Assembly (NCBI GenBank): GCA_028534125.1
Contig: CM052817.1
Coordinates: forward strand, 102,922,001-102,986,000
DNA from: Lama glama
Lineage: Eukaryota
Direction of reading: 5' to 3'
Length of the DNA: 64,000 bases
Under the pieces are notes generated by a model. The model saw only the letters and a program-made list of their open reading frames with translations, did not search any database and had not been told where the DNA came from. Positions 1-13,085 of this stretch are shown piece after piece (position 1 is the stretch's first letter; each line of letters starts with the position of its first letter). Both the position numbers and the translations under genes were made by a program.

Positions 1-1509
1 TAGGCAATAGTCAGCAACAGGAGAACATAAGTTGTGTTTGTCTCTAGTACCTAATAAGATTGTTTGCATTTAGTAGACAGTTATTAAATATTCACTAAGG
101 AAATTAACATAAATAGCCTTATTTTCATGGAATATTTTAATCTGAAAAAAAAAACTGGTACTAAAGGGATTTAAAAAATCAGTGATCTGGACTTGTTACT
201 CAAATAAGAAAAATATCCACTGGAAAATTGGCTGAAATCTCTTATCTCAAAACTATTTGCAATAAACATATAATTACCTCACATTTCATATGTTATGATG
301 ATGATTTTTTTTAAAAAATTGCTTGTCAAATCCAATGCATGAACTGTTTTATATTTCATTGAAAAGGTAAAAGAGAAAAAAGAATTTAATCCAAAATGTG
401 GGGGGTTTTTGGTTTGTTTTATGGTAAAAATAAGCACCTGTATAGGTAATATGATTCTAAAAATAATTTACTACAATGTGCTGATACAACTTTTTTGCAG
501 ATTACAATGCTTTCTTATTATAATTCTTAATTATAAAGTTTCTAATCAAGGTGCCATGACAAAAACGATAGCGAATTCTTTAACTTCCCACAGCTAGGAA
601 AGAACCCAGACCATTGAAACAGGAGAACCTGGCGAGGGCACCGGCTTCAGGTAAAGATATCATGTGGGCAGGAATTCCCAGGCTGGGTATGCATGAAAGC
701 ATCCCTTTTCAATGTAGTTTTCCAGCTCCCAACTCAAGTGATTTTGCACTTCTGATACGTACTTCGGAATCCGTAATTTAAACACTTCTTTGGGTGATTC
801 TGGTGCTGACAGACAGGTTCGAGAGCTGTTCACAGGGGTCACAGAAACTGAGCAGGAGACCAGAACGAGTCGACAAACCAAATTAAGTTTTGGGAAGAGG
901 ATCTAGAAGCAGCAGACAAGCGGGTCAGACCTGGGAGGGCTCTAGGTCTGACAATTAAGAGAGAAATGAAGTCAGAGACTCAAGCTGGAGGTCTGAGTAA
1001 GGTTGTGTGTTAGGATGGGCAAGACACTCAGCGGGATGTGTGGGCCCCTCGGCTGTCGAAGGGGACAGCAGCGGTGCCAGGATAAAGGCCACTGTCTCAC
1101 ATCCTGGGTTCAGAGACAATATTATCTTTAAGAAAATATTTGGCTTTAATTTTTCTGTAGAAAAAAAGACATACTGTCACATCAAACAGACTCATACCTT
1201 TTAAGGCGTTTGTGTTTCAGAAACATTAAAATTTGAGCAATGCACTTTGTGACTGAAGAATGAGGGTCGTTATAAAATGTGAGGCCCAGGAAGGAGATGT
1301 GAGCAATTAACCGAGTTAACTCGAAAACTTACGGAAAACTTAACTTGAAAGAAAAGGCATTCAGAAATGAGGCACTTGACAAAAATCAAGCTAAGTGGTC
1401 TTCCTAGTCTGTTAACTAAAATAAAGCATTACTTCCACATATCAAGGGAGGTGTACACCCATCTCCCTGCACCCCCTCCTCACCTTCCCAAAAAAACTGA
1501 GAGCAGACG

Positions 1510-1690
1510 TGTTTCATGGGTAAGAGTTCAGAGGTAGGACTCAGGCTTGGGGTTCGCTGCTTAGCAGCTGTGTGAGCCTGGGCGTGTCAGCTAATCCTGA
1601 TACGCCCCATATGTGAAATTAGAGGACTGGCGATAATGCCAGCGACTCTTATAAGGTGTCATTACGGTTATGTGCAATAATGTATTATTT
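1510..1690 (+). mobile_element. MIR SINE fragment
   Basis: Degenerate MIR core (cttagcagctgtgtgagcctgggc...atatgtgaaattagagg...ataatgcc). Confidence 0.55.
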
Positions 1691-2929
1691 TACCAAATTA
1701 CTTAGTACTCATCCACAGTACAGGTTCAGCATTTCAGTGAACCAGGGCATTCTGCTTCCCTGATTTTCATGAATATTTTAGTTCAAAGATTCCGTTTTGT
1801 ATAGTAGTGAGGAAAGGGCCCTGTATCTTAACATTTGTAGCTCTCCGCAGGATCCCAGGATGTTAGAGCTGAAATTGGTTTAAGAGACTGTAGACAAACT
1901 CCCTAATTTTACAGGAGAAACTTAGAGATCAAGTGAGTATAAACTACAACTTTCTACTGATGTCTAGAAATTGCTTAACTGAATTTTGTCTTAGTTTTTT
2001 TCTAATTTTTATTTTATTTCTTTTTGATGAAACTTAAGGAAGTAATACATGTTCATTGTAAACAAATCAAACAACACTGAAGATGAAAGTAAATCTCCCT
2101 TTGCGTCCCTCCAAGCCCAGTCTTCCCCCCAGAAGTAACTCCTTGGTACGTGTGTCCTCCCAGACCGTTAATGTGACTACAAATCCTTTCTTACGTGAAA
2201 GTCAGGATCCCAGCAACACACAGAACCCTGAGAAATTGGTTTCAAGGCTTTCAGAAAGTTAAACAGCCAGAACTGGTCTCCAGATTTCCTGACTCTCAGT
2301 CTAGAGCTTTTTCGGCACACCGTGATTCCTTGTGTCCTTAACAGATCATGTCACCGTGTTGTTAATGTTTTTCTGTTATTTTCCCTAACATCAGTCACTT
2401 TTCTCTACTTTGCTCTGGTCTCTCATTGGTTCCTGCTTATAAAACACATCACTCTAGAAAATTAGCAAAATCTTTGGCGGCAGAGCTATAGTAGATATTG
2501 AAATATGACTTGACTTTAATAATCCCTCCAAAAGTGGTATTATTAACTGCAAAAACCACAAGCAACTCATCTTCTCTGATATGTTTTCTCACGTTAAAAA
2601 CAAAGAATAGGGAGTCATTATCCCTATTACTTACTTCTTACTCTGTTACTATGACAACTAAGTAAGCATTGCTTCATCCAATAAATGACAAAAACGTTTA
2701 ATCAATGCAGTGTTTAAGGATAGACTTTTCTTGAAGTATTCATTGCCTAATATGGCATTAGGCCCATAGCATGGTCTAGGAAAAAAAATGTCTCCAAGTT
2801 GCTTTTAAGTTATGTTTCAGTGTGCCCTTACAGCTCTTCCCACACCCAGTGGCCTCGTCTCTGCTTATTCTAAAGCCACTGCGTTAGTCTCAAGCTGCTC
2901 CTGGCTCCTCCTTATCTCCAAGAATTCAG

Positions 2930-3550
2930 AATGCTGGAGCACCCAGAACTAAGTTCTCAGACCTCGTCCACTAGTGAGTTCACCCAGTCTCACCACCATA
3001 ACACCATCTACATTGTGACGGCTTCCAAATTCCTACCGCCAGCCTAGACTTCCCACCGAACTCCAGACTCACGTGTGGAACTGCCTATTCCATACCACCA
3101 CTTGGATGTCGAATTGGCATCTCTACTCTACACGTTCGCATATCTAAAACTCAACTGTGACCTGCTCATCCCTCAGTGTTCCCCATCACTTTTTCCTTCC
3201 AGCTGCTCAAGTTGTAAACTTTGGAGTCACTTTTGACTCTCCCTTCCTTTCAAAACCCCACATTCTGTTCATCAGCATATCCAGATGGCTCTATCTTCAA
3301 CACATACCCAGAATCTAAACACTTCCCTCCAGCCTCATTACTGACGCCCTGGTCTGTGCCACAGTCATGCATGGCCTGTGTTATTGGAATGGTCCACTCA
3401 TCTTCTGTTTCCCCGCTCCCTCCACAAATCTCTTCTCAGTCATCCAAGGAGCTTCAGAATCTAGACCCTCTCTGCCTCCCAGCCTAATTTCCAACCTCCT
3501 TTACCTGAATTCCAGGCATACTGGTCCTACTTTTGTGCTTTCCACTCTTC
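2930..3550 (+). mobile_element. L2 LINE fragment including decayed RT region
   Basis: acaccatctacattgtgacggcttccaaat (decayed YHLYADDSQI), gaactccagactc, ccacttggatgtc, ggcatctc and aaaactcaact are typical of L2 ORF2. Confidence 0.85.
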
Positions 3551-3559
3551 TCTAGTTGA

Positions 3560-3785
3560 AGAGGTGGTAAAATACAAAATTTAGAGGATTCAGGGTTGGA
3601 AGACCAGGGTGTGAACAGCACCTCCACCACAAACCAGCTGTGTACACAGAAACCACTGAACCTCTCTAAGTTTCAAATCACTTTCAAAATCAAAACAGCA
3701 ATACTACTTGTTCTATTAGGTTGCTATGAAATCAGATTGGATATATAAAAGTGTTTAAAAAAATGAAGTGCTATAGAAATAGTAT
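3560..3785 (+). mobile_element. MIR SINE fragment
   Basis: ccagctgtgt...ccactgaacctctctaagtttc...ggttgctatgaaatcagattggatatataaaagtgttt. Confidence 0.6.
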
Positions 3786-5034
3786 TTTTATAATCTAATC
3801 CTTCCTTTCTACTTAAAACCCAGTTCCACCTCTTTGTAAAGCACTTCAAAAGTGAACTAGTAAATAAATATCTCTTCCTTTTCAAGTCCTATAGCACGGT
3901 TTGTTGCAAAGCTTTATTGTATTTCATAGCAACTTACATGATTGTCCTGAACAAGTATTCAATATTTTAATGCTATTTAACTTACCATAAGTTTATAGTG
4001 TCTTATATGAAACTGACCTTATCTCTGCAATTTTTATTGCAATCATCTGTCTATTTTTCTGTTATTCCCCACCAGAATATAATCTCTTGCAGGACATGAC
4101 ATTCTCCACAAAACACTCTAATTCCTCACAAATTCCGCAGGTACCCAGTAAAAGGAAATGCACATGTTTTTGTGGCTGATGTAGCCGTTTGGATGTGATA
4201 AACAGGGATCACTGTACCACCTCACGATGAACAAAATTCATGCTTTCTGTGTTGAAAGAAATATTTATCATAACCCTAAACGAGAAAGGACATTATGACT
4301 TGAGTCAAAAAAAATGGCATGAGGGTCTTTTAATGAAAAATGTAACTCTTAACTCTGATCACAAGCATAATCTCCATAAGGAGAAACAGTTACCACATTG
4401 TAAGTTTATAATTTTTAAACTTTTTTGAGACCATTGTGTTAAAAAGCCAAACTCAAATAGTTTCAAGAAAAATAAACAAGCTGTCAGAATCTCTTGAGCT
4501 TGTTTCATTTCACATGTTTTAGTTGCAAACAATTACTGAAATAAATGCTTACTAGTTTCTGTATTACACTGATGCAGAAAATATAAAACAGGTTTTAAAC
4601 TCAAACTTACGAAACTAAATTTTGGAAACAATTTTGGTTTCTTGATGAACAGCTCCACTGATATGACACGGAACCAAAAAAAAAAAAAAAAAGACAAAAT
4701 AGAGCAAAATGAAGAAGTTGACAAAAGGAGCTTATCGTCCCGTAAAATTACTATACTGAGATAGAGGCCTAATTCAAAGAATAACTTACTAAAGGTGAAT
4801 AAAACTAATTTTTTTTTTAAATTGACTCATCACACGATCATTCTTTCCTGGATAAGCCTGAAGAAACTGCAATAATTAATCCTAAACTATATGTATCTTA
4901 TCTTCTTTTGTATGATTTAAATAATTCCCTGCCTTTCACCTAACTTGGCTGGCTGTCCACCATCAATTCACCATGTAATCTACATGCTAGATTTTTTTTT
5001 TTAATTCTGTATTTCCTTTATTTCTTCAATTGGA

Positions 5035-5290
5035 GCAGCAGTATTGAGACAGCTGTTAAAAGCCTAGACTTTGGAATCAAGCCACTTTTGTTCAAATCCT
5101 GGCTCTACTCCTTCTTAGCTCTGTGACTAAGGACACACTACTTAACCTCTCTGTGCCTCAGTTTCCCCAGTTAAATAAGTACTGTAACGGTACATACCTC
5201 ATGTGGTTTTTAAGTATATTAGAACTAGTATTTTTATTCAATGTATTAAAATAACCTGGCGCAAAGTAAGTGCTGTGTTTGGTGTTACTG
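5035..5290 (+). mobile_element. MIR SINE, near full length
   Basis: gttcaaatcctggctctactccttcttagctctgtgact...acttaacctctctgtgcctcagtttcc...cctggcgcaaagtaagtgct. Confidence 0.9.
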
Positions 5291-5304
5291 ATTTTAATTA
5301 ACTA

Positions 5305-5518
5305 TAGGGGTCAGCAAACATTTTCTTAAAGAAAGTAAATAATTTAGCTTGCGAGAAGGCTTGCAGCTCAAGTGGCTCCAACTACTTAACTCTGCTATTG
5401 TAGCGTGAAAGCCGTCACAGACAGCACATAAAAGAACAGGCACGGCTTGTGTTCCAATAAAACATTTTAAAATAAAACTTTTATTTACAAAAACAAATCA
5501 GCAGTTTTCTGATTCCTG
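5305..5518 (+). mobile_element. MER58A-like hAT-Charlie non-autonomous DNA transposon
   Basis: Ends (T)AGGGGTCAGCAAAC...GTTTTCTGATTCCTG. Internal caactacttaactctgctattgtagcgtgaaagc and tgtgttccaataaaac. Flanked by the direct repeat AACTATA (5300-5306 and 5519-5525). Confidence 0.88.
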
Positions 5519-6207
5519 AACTATAATTTTTAGAAAACTGCTGCTATGCTAGAAATGAGCTGTGGTATTAATACTCTAGAAAAAAAAAAAAAACAAGCAG
5601 AGTCATTCCCCTGGAATATAATGCGGGTACCTGCCTCGGTGGATATCTGTGGGGTCTCTCATTGGTGAGTGGTTGAGGTATGAGTCATAAAAGCAACTGA
5701 AGCTGGTTTTAGAAAACAGATTAGAAATCATAACATTGGTTTTAACACATTTGGATACTCTCTTCATTTCAGCCCCCAGTCCTACCACTTCTAATATTTA
5801 TCACCCATAACTATTCCGTGACTTCTTCAAAGTTGTGTTTGATGCTAATTTTAACCAACTCTCCCCTCTAGAAAAGTAGGTGTGTATGTGTTTAATCCAG
5901 GGAGAGAAGGGTGCAAGCAGAGTGTGCAAGCGAACAGAAGGACAGTGGGGAGAAGGTGACAAGGTAGGTATGGCCCAGAAGATAAGAACTAAATGGAGTA
6001 TGGAAAGTCACAATAAATAGGAGAATTTAGTACACCAAGTCCTCTGAATCAGACATGTAATACAGGGCAGAAGGAACGTCTTAAACAGTAAAAGAGATTT
6101 AAACAATAAAAAAAGTCTTTGTTTATCAATGTAGTTACTGTTTCCCATGGTAGGTTCTTTTGAGTGGATTCAGATCTGTTGTCATTTGCCATCTACTTAA
6201 AGGATTT

Positions 6208-6480
6208 CTTTTAATCCAGTTTTATTGAGGTACAATTGACATATAGCATTGTATAAGTTTAAGGTGTACAGCATAATGATTTGACTCATACACTCATACA
6301 CATTGTGAAATGTTTATCACAATAGGAACATCTATCATCTCATATTGATACAAAAGTAAAGAAATGGGAAAAGATATATTTTTCCTTGTGATGAGACTTC
6401 TCTTAACTCTATTATTCTCTTAAAAAATTTCATATATAACATGCAGCAGTGTTAGTTACACTTATCTTATACTCATACCA
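6208..6480 (-). mobile_element. L1 3' UTR fragment (L1MA/artiodactyl type)
   Basis: ccagttttattgaggtacaattgacatatagcattgtataagtttaaggtgtacagcataatgatttgac; same family as the copies at 31711 and 54629. Confidence 0.85.
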
Positions 6481-6769
6481 TCCCAGGTAACTCTACAAAA
6501 ACTGATTTTCTGGAAGCTTGAACCCAAGTAGAAGGGAGAAAAGCTAATATCCTCTGGAATTTCATAAGCAAAAATCATCCCCAAAGTAGCTTTGCATTAT
6601 AAATTTTTATTACTATCATAGTCCAATAAACTCAAGCAAAAAATTGAGTTTAAACTTGTCCTGAGCTTTTAGTATTCCCAGACACCCACCAGAAACAAAG
6701 AGAAATCTTTACAATTCATTAGAGGAACAAATAACTCCAAACTCCCACAAATTATTCCAGAGTGTTTAC

Positions 6770-7600
6770 AAGGCCAACAGACCTTGACACTAAAACCCAG
6801 TAAGAACAGTAAAAGAAGAAAAATTTTAGGCTAATTTAACTACTGAACATAAAAAACAAAAATTTCAAACGAAATATCAATAAACAGGATACAGGAATGT
6901 CAAAAGAATAACAGATTGTGCTCAAACTGGGTTCATCCCAGAAATGCAAAGTGGGTTAATATTAGTAAATCAATTATTCTAATTTACCACATTAAAAGAT
7001 GAAATGAGGATAATCATATCATTTCAGGAAAGGCAGAATTCCTTAATCTGCTGAAAGGTATGTATTTTTTTAAAAGACACCAAATCGTATAACTGATAAG
7101 TATTTGAAAGTATTCTCTGAAACCAGGAACAGCGTAAGCTAGCCCTTAAGTCATCACTTCTGTGCAACACTGGAAGACTATTAACACATGCGGCAAGATA
7201 AATTAAATTAAACTAAAAGGATAGAATTGTAAATGAAGAAACAAAACTACACATTTATTGCAGATGATTTAACTGTCTATGTGAAGAATATACAGATAAA
7301 TTATTAAAATTAATGAGAGATTGGAAAAGATTTTGTATAAAAAGTAACTACAGCAAAAATCAAATACATTTCTACACAACAGCAGCAAATGTCTTAAAAG
7401 AGAAAGCTTCATGTAAATGGTACATCAAAATGTCATAAAAATAGAACATACATATGAATACATCTATCAAAACATGCAGAAAAAATTTATAGATAAAAAT
7501 ATGAAAAATCTATTAAACAGTATTAAAGAAGGCCTAAAAAATGCAGATATATACCATGTTCATGGATCAGAAGATTCAATATAATAAAAATTATTCTCAC
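6770..7600 (+). mobile_element. Old L1 ORF2 fragments (L1M type)
   Basis: A-rich. Contains gggttcatcccagaaatgcaaagtgg (GFIPGMQ), tttattgcagatgattt (FADD region) and ataccatgttcatggatcagaagattcaatat (IPCSWI.R.NI). Confidence 0.85.
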
Positions 7601-7679
7601 GACACATGCTTAATTCTCGCTCACAACATGTGTTTTTTATCCTGTTTCTTACCTGGCTCATTTGTATCAGTTTCTCATG

Positions 7680-8480
7680 CCACTCAAGTAGGCAGCCATG
7701 GAGACACCGTCTTGGATGCTTCCTTTTCTTCCCTGTCTCTCACCCTTCACCCCAAGGCCATCCAGTTGCTGACTGGTCTCCTAAATAGAGCCCCTCTTTT
7801 CTACAACTGCTGACACAGTGCAGATTCAAGCACTCATCAACACTTGCCTCCACTCATACTCCAACCAGTTTTCCTGCTCCCACTTGCTCCTTACTTCCTA
7901 CAGCAACCACATCTGACCATCCTTTACATCCTCACTTATCTTTAAAAAATACGGCTGTTATCAAGCCAATGACCTGCTTTAAAAGTTAGCAAGTCCCCTT
8001 CCGACCTCTAAGGGGATCAAATTCACACCTCTTAGCTAGGCATTAAAGATCCTTTACATTGTACCTAACAGAATCATTTCTTGCCAAAGCACAAACATTT
8101 ACATACCCTCTGCCCTCCCCACATTAGCCTTAGCACTTCCTGTGCTTTTATAAAAGTCCATGAGTCTTCCCAGCTTCTGTTTTTATCTTAATTATTTCAC
8201 TTTAAAGTTTTGCACCACATTTTCTCCAGGAAAAAAAACTGCAAGACTTCAAGATCCACCTCAAATGCCACCTTCCCTTAGAAGCCTTCTCTATTCCAAA
8301 CATAATTAATGAATTACTTCTTCTGTGTTACCACACTATTTTGTTTATGCACTTTCATACTGGTAACTGAAACGTGTTGCTTTTTTCCAGGCAGATATTG
8401 AAATCCTTATAGAAAGGGAATACATTTGTGTCCTCAAACACCTTCCTGAAACATAATCAGGTGCAAAATATTGGTTGTAT
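7680..8480 (+). mobile_element. L2 LINE 3' fragment
   Basis: Pyrimidine-rich L2 motifs (ttcaagatccacctcaaatgccaccttcccttagaagccttct) and a decayed L2 3' end. Confidence 0.7.
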
Positions 8481-8705
8481 TAATTTGCATCTGTACAGTG
8501 CAGCACAGTTTGCCAAAACCTTCTGCATTTAATTCTTACACGTTTTATGGACTAAGTATCACTACCCCATGTTACAAATGAGAGAATTTAAGTTCAGAAA
8601 TGTTAAGTAAGTAGACCAAGATAATGTAATTAAATAAAGAAGAGCCAAGACTTGCACCTACGTCTCCTGACACACGATCCAGTGCTCTTTAAACTACATT
8701 ACCTA
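8480..8705 (-). mobile_element. MIR SINE
   Basis: ccccatgttacaaatgagagaatttaagttcagaaatgttaagtaa...agagccaagacttgcacctacgtctcctgac. Confidence 0.8.
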
Positions 8706-10859
8706 GATTTATGCTATTAATTTCTATTGGAGTTCATTCTTTACTACTATGAAAGCTCACAAATGAAAACTTCCTTTGGCAAAGACTTGGTTGAGAATTT
8801 GAGACTCTTCATATAAAAAATGATATATAAAGTAAGTTAACTTATGATGAAAAAAGTCATTTGTTACTAGACATTTCAGTAAATTGGAGGTTTGTGAAGC
8901 TGAATTTTATGAAGATAATTAATAATATACACTTGTGCCAAGTGGAAGAATGTTTTCAAAGAGAGATATAAGTGATTAATAGAATGTATCTTTTAATGTG
9001 TCATGGATTTAATAAAATGACTTAAGCCAGAAAAACTTTCCTGCAGTTTCCTTGCCTAAATTTCTTGTTCTTTCCATTATGAATGTTGACCTCAAACTTG
9101 AAAGAATTGGATTTTTCCCATCCACTGACCATGTTCTGCTCATCCAACGTATAAATCTCGACTGAACAACATTCTATTCTGACGCTGATGTGAGACTAAT
9201 ATGCTCTGATAAGCACATACGTAATGCCCACATAACTTGTCATTGTTTTGACAGATTTTTACTGATGGACTGAGGTTGGAAAACAGGGATGGGAAATTAT
9301 GCATAAATTTCTCTCAAAGCCAATTTCAGCAAAGTCAAGTCAAGGGATTGTAACTGCAGCCTGCTGGTTGCCATGATTTGGCTGGAACCACGAGAAACCT
9401 GAGGCTTTAGCAAGACTGACCGCTGATCAGGTATAAAATCTTCCCTTTCCTCTCAGTGGACAGTGCAGGTCATTGGCCCTGCGACTTCCCAGAGCCACTT
9501 CAGAGGGGCTCTTGTTCTGACATCAGAGACTCCAGGATTCAGAAAGCTTTGGGACTTGAACAGCTTTAGAGATTTCTAAGCCTCTAAGACTGAGGTTCAA
9601 GAAAATCAAGGGATGTCCCCAAGGTAACACACAAATACAACAGCAGAGCCAGGAGTGGAAAAATTATATTTCTTGACTACCAGTCCAGTTTATTTACCAA
9701 TTGCTATACCACCACCCACACAGAATTATGTAAAGAAATAGAACTTACATTTGCTTTTCAAAACCACAGTAGAGTAGTGTAAGTAAAAATACTAGATTTT
9801 CATTTCATCTATTTTATGTCATTTGCTTTTGCTTCTCCTGACTTGTAAACAGGGAAAAGTTAACCATGTATTTTAAATGTATTTAAGAATAAGGATATTG
9901 TGTGGAGGACAGAAATGTACTCTGGTAGCTAATGTGAGGAAATAGAACAAAAAGAAGTTGAAATTTTTAAATCAAGATACTTGAGGAAAGAATAAATGGA
10001 AAGCATGATTATCAATACACATGACCTTCACGTAACTGCCTGCATCCTATCCCAGCCCACTGACAAGTAATGAAGTCTACAAAGTACTTACTCAAAGTTG
10101 TTACACTCTCCACAAGCTTCATTCCTCATATGTCATGAGTAAAGAAAATTCCAGGAATAATTTACAGGAATATGTATTTTGATTATCATAGTATGCAATA
10201 GTATTTACTTTCAAATGCTAAATTGAAATAACTTTAGCATACAAATCTGTGATTAATAACATATAAACAATTATTTATACATAAACTTTGATCTACCTAC
10301 AAATGGTAAAGTTAAGACTACACCAGGTCAGGCACTGTATCATTTTCCATACTTTTGCGATCCCAGGGATAAATCCATTCTTTATTCACAGTAAGTGTTC
10401 GATAAAGGTTTGATGGATTTACGACTATTTGCTGCTTAGAGCCATGTGTAAATTTAGCTCTGTGTAAACATAGGATTGTGAGTATGTAAGCTCTTCTAAT
10501 TAATCCAAATGGCAAATAAAATATGGACCAGAAATTACTGAAAGACCATATAGCCAAGATTCTATTCACACATTAGGGAAGTGAATTTAAAACTGTCAAT
10601 ATGTTTTGAGTGTTTTAGGCACCTGAGCAAACAGCCAGGAGAACACATAGAAGATGCTTCTGCTGGTTATCTCTGATATCTTGCCAAACAAAAAAGTCTA
10701 CTTGGGGGAATAAACTCTCAGTTTGAAAGTTTAGAGGACTTGCGATATGAACACTTTTTTCTATATGGCAAGAAAAAATGATTTTACCCCACAGGTGGTT
10801 TTATAAAGATTGTCTTCCTACAAGTAAGTAGTTGCAATTTTTTAATCTAATCCCTATGT

Positions 10860-11280
10860 ATTTATGCTACTGTGAATACAAATTATAAAGTGTTTACTAC
10901 ATTCCAGACAGAGTGCTTTTTACTTTACATTCATTTGACTTTTATAATAGCGCCTTGAGAATCGTGACATCATCCCCACTTTATAGATCAGAAAACTGAA
11001 GTGTAAAGGAGTTAAGTAACTTTGCCAAAAACCACACACAGTGACTGTGTGGTGAGTCAAACATTATTTATTTTATTTATTTTTGAGGGAGAGGTAATTA
11101 GGTTTATTATCTATTTACTTTAAGGGGAGGGACTGGGGATTGAACCCAGGACTTCCTGTATGTTAAGCATGTGCTCTAGTGCTTGAGCTACACCCTCCCT
11201 TCAGTGGGGCCATTATTAGAATCTATGTCCATGTCACTCCAAAGCCCAAGTTTTAATAGATGCACTATTCTGGCCTCCCT
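10860..11280 (-). mobile_element. MIR SINE interrupted by a Vic-1-type SINE
   Basis: catccccactttatagatcagaaaactgaagtgtaaaggagttaagtaactttgcc on the left and gaatctatgtccatgtcactccaaagccc on the right of the younger SINE. Confidence 0.8.
11069..11200 (-). mobile_element. Vic-1-type tRNA-Ala-derived SINE (camelid)
   Basis: Reverse complement GGGAGGGTGTAGCTCAAGCACTAGAGCACATGCTTAACAT...CCTGGGTTCAATCCCCAGT...AAACCTAATTACCTC plus A-rich tail. CATTATT occurs on both flanks. Confidence 0.9.
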
Positions 11281-12894
11281 GAAATCTTAAAAATTAATTT
11301 TTAAAGCCATCCCCAACTTGCAAAATTGTACCCATACCAAAAAAAAAAAAAAAAAAAAGGAGGAGGAGAAAGAGGGGGAGGGAGAAACATCAAGGCAACA
11401 CATGGAATCCAGGATTCTGGATTCAAATTCTGATTCTATCACTGGGTGACATAAAACAAGTGGTCTTAAAGCGCTAAGCTACCAGTCCCATTCAGTGCAG
11501 GAGAAGGGAGTGTTACAGCGCACTTGTTTACGTAGTATACAGTTTTGTTTATGATGCTCCATCCTACCCTTACATACACTAGAAATCTGTTCTTATTATA
11601 AACATTTAAATCCTGGGACACCCTGGAGATGTAGCCTATAATCAGTATCCTCTTTCTGTATTTAACTCTTGGTCACTTGTTCCCCCAACAAACTACTCAC
11701 AAATCTCTTTCCCCATAGAAACATAACACAAAACATAGCCCCTGATTTTTAGGTCATTACCTCTGTTACCCATTCCAGATGGCAAATCCTAATTATTCTT
11801 CCCCTGATGACTGCCTGCAGGCCACACTCCAGGCAGGTCCAAATATATACTCCTCCTTCTCCTGGGACTGAAAAAGACATACGAAAGGAAAACTCCCCTT
11901 GCGCTTAGGTTTGGAAAAGGAGACAGAAAAGGAAGCCTGTTTTACCAGTTTTGTTCTTACTTATTTGTTAAGGTACAAACAGAAAGTCTTCCTTTTAGAA
12001 AGCATGATAATTTGCTAAAAGTAATATGTTTTCTTCAAAGAGATGGTAATATGGTAAATACTGCACAGAGTACATACTTTGAATGTGCCAGACTTCCCAC
12101 TTCCCAGACTGGAGATCCAAGAAGTTTAGTTAATCCTATGATCCCTCAACGTTTTCAGTTTTTGACCTGAGGGCTTTTAGACAAATTGGGCTCGAAAAGA
12201 TAAAGTTATTTAAGTTCTTTCTCACAGCATATTTGTTTTCTCAGAGGCATTCACACGTCATTTACATACATAATGTACACTGTAAACCACTTTCCTGAAC
12301 AGCCTGCATTTGAAAGGCTGTTCTTCGCACTCTTTATGGGCTCCTAAGCAGGAATTCAATGAATGTTCAGAGAGTAATTGAAAGTGTGAAACAATTTAAT
12401 GGGTACCACACAAAATGCCAGAGCCTGTGCCAAGAACAAGACACTGATGACTGAATTCTACTCAAATCCAAGTCAACTACTGCCTTAAACAACATGGAAA
12501 GCCTGCTGTCACAATTTATATACTCGGGGCAGCATGTAGCCATTTCTCCCCTGCACTACTTACCACTCAAATGCATCTCTATTGGAATTACTTGTATGCA
12601 TTTTCATTTGTCTTATAGATAATTGGGGTATTTCACTGTAACTCTACACTTGGACAATACTCCCTTGAAAGGGAGTAGGGTCTACTCCACATTCCATGCA
12701 ATTGAAAGTATTGGCCTTACTCTGACCGTGCAGTATATAGCTTGTAAAATGCAAGAATGTTGAAGGCAAGATGTGTTCCCACTGGAGAAGATCACACTGG
12801 AAGGATGCCCATGGCACAAATACCATCCCTTCAATTATGAGCCTTAATACATTTGTACTGGCTGGAGAGCCAGCAAAGGGGATTCAAAGAAAGG

Positions 12895-13085
12895 AGGGAA
12901 TCTGGAATACAGAACCTGGGTTCAAGTTCTCACCATTTATCAACTGGGATGACAGCCCAGTCACTGGACCTTTCTGAGTCTCAGTTTCCTCGTGTATCCA
13001 AAAGGGGTGACAATAATGTTAATTGGTAGGGATATGATAAAGACAGGAGACACGTGCAATGTTCACTGTAAAAATACGAGCTGTG
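12895..13085 (+). mobile_element. MIR SINE fragment
   Basis: gaacctgggttcaagttctcacc...gtcactggacctttctgagtctcagtttcctc. Confidence 0.75.
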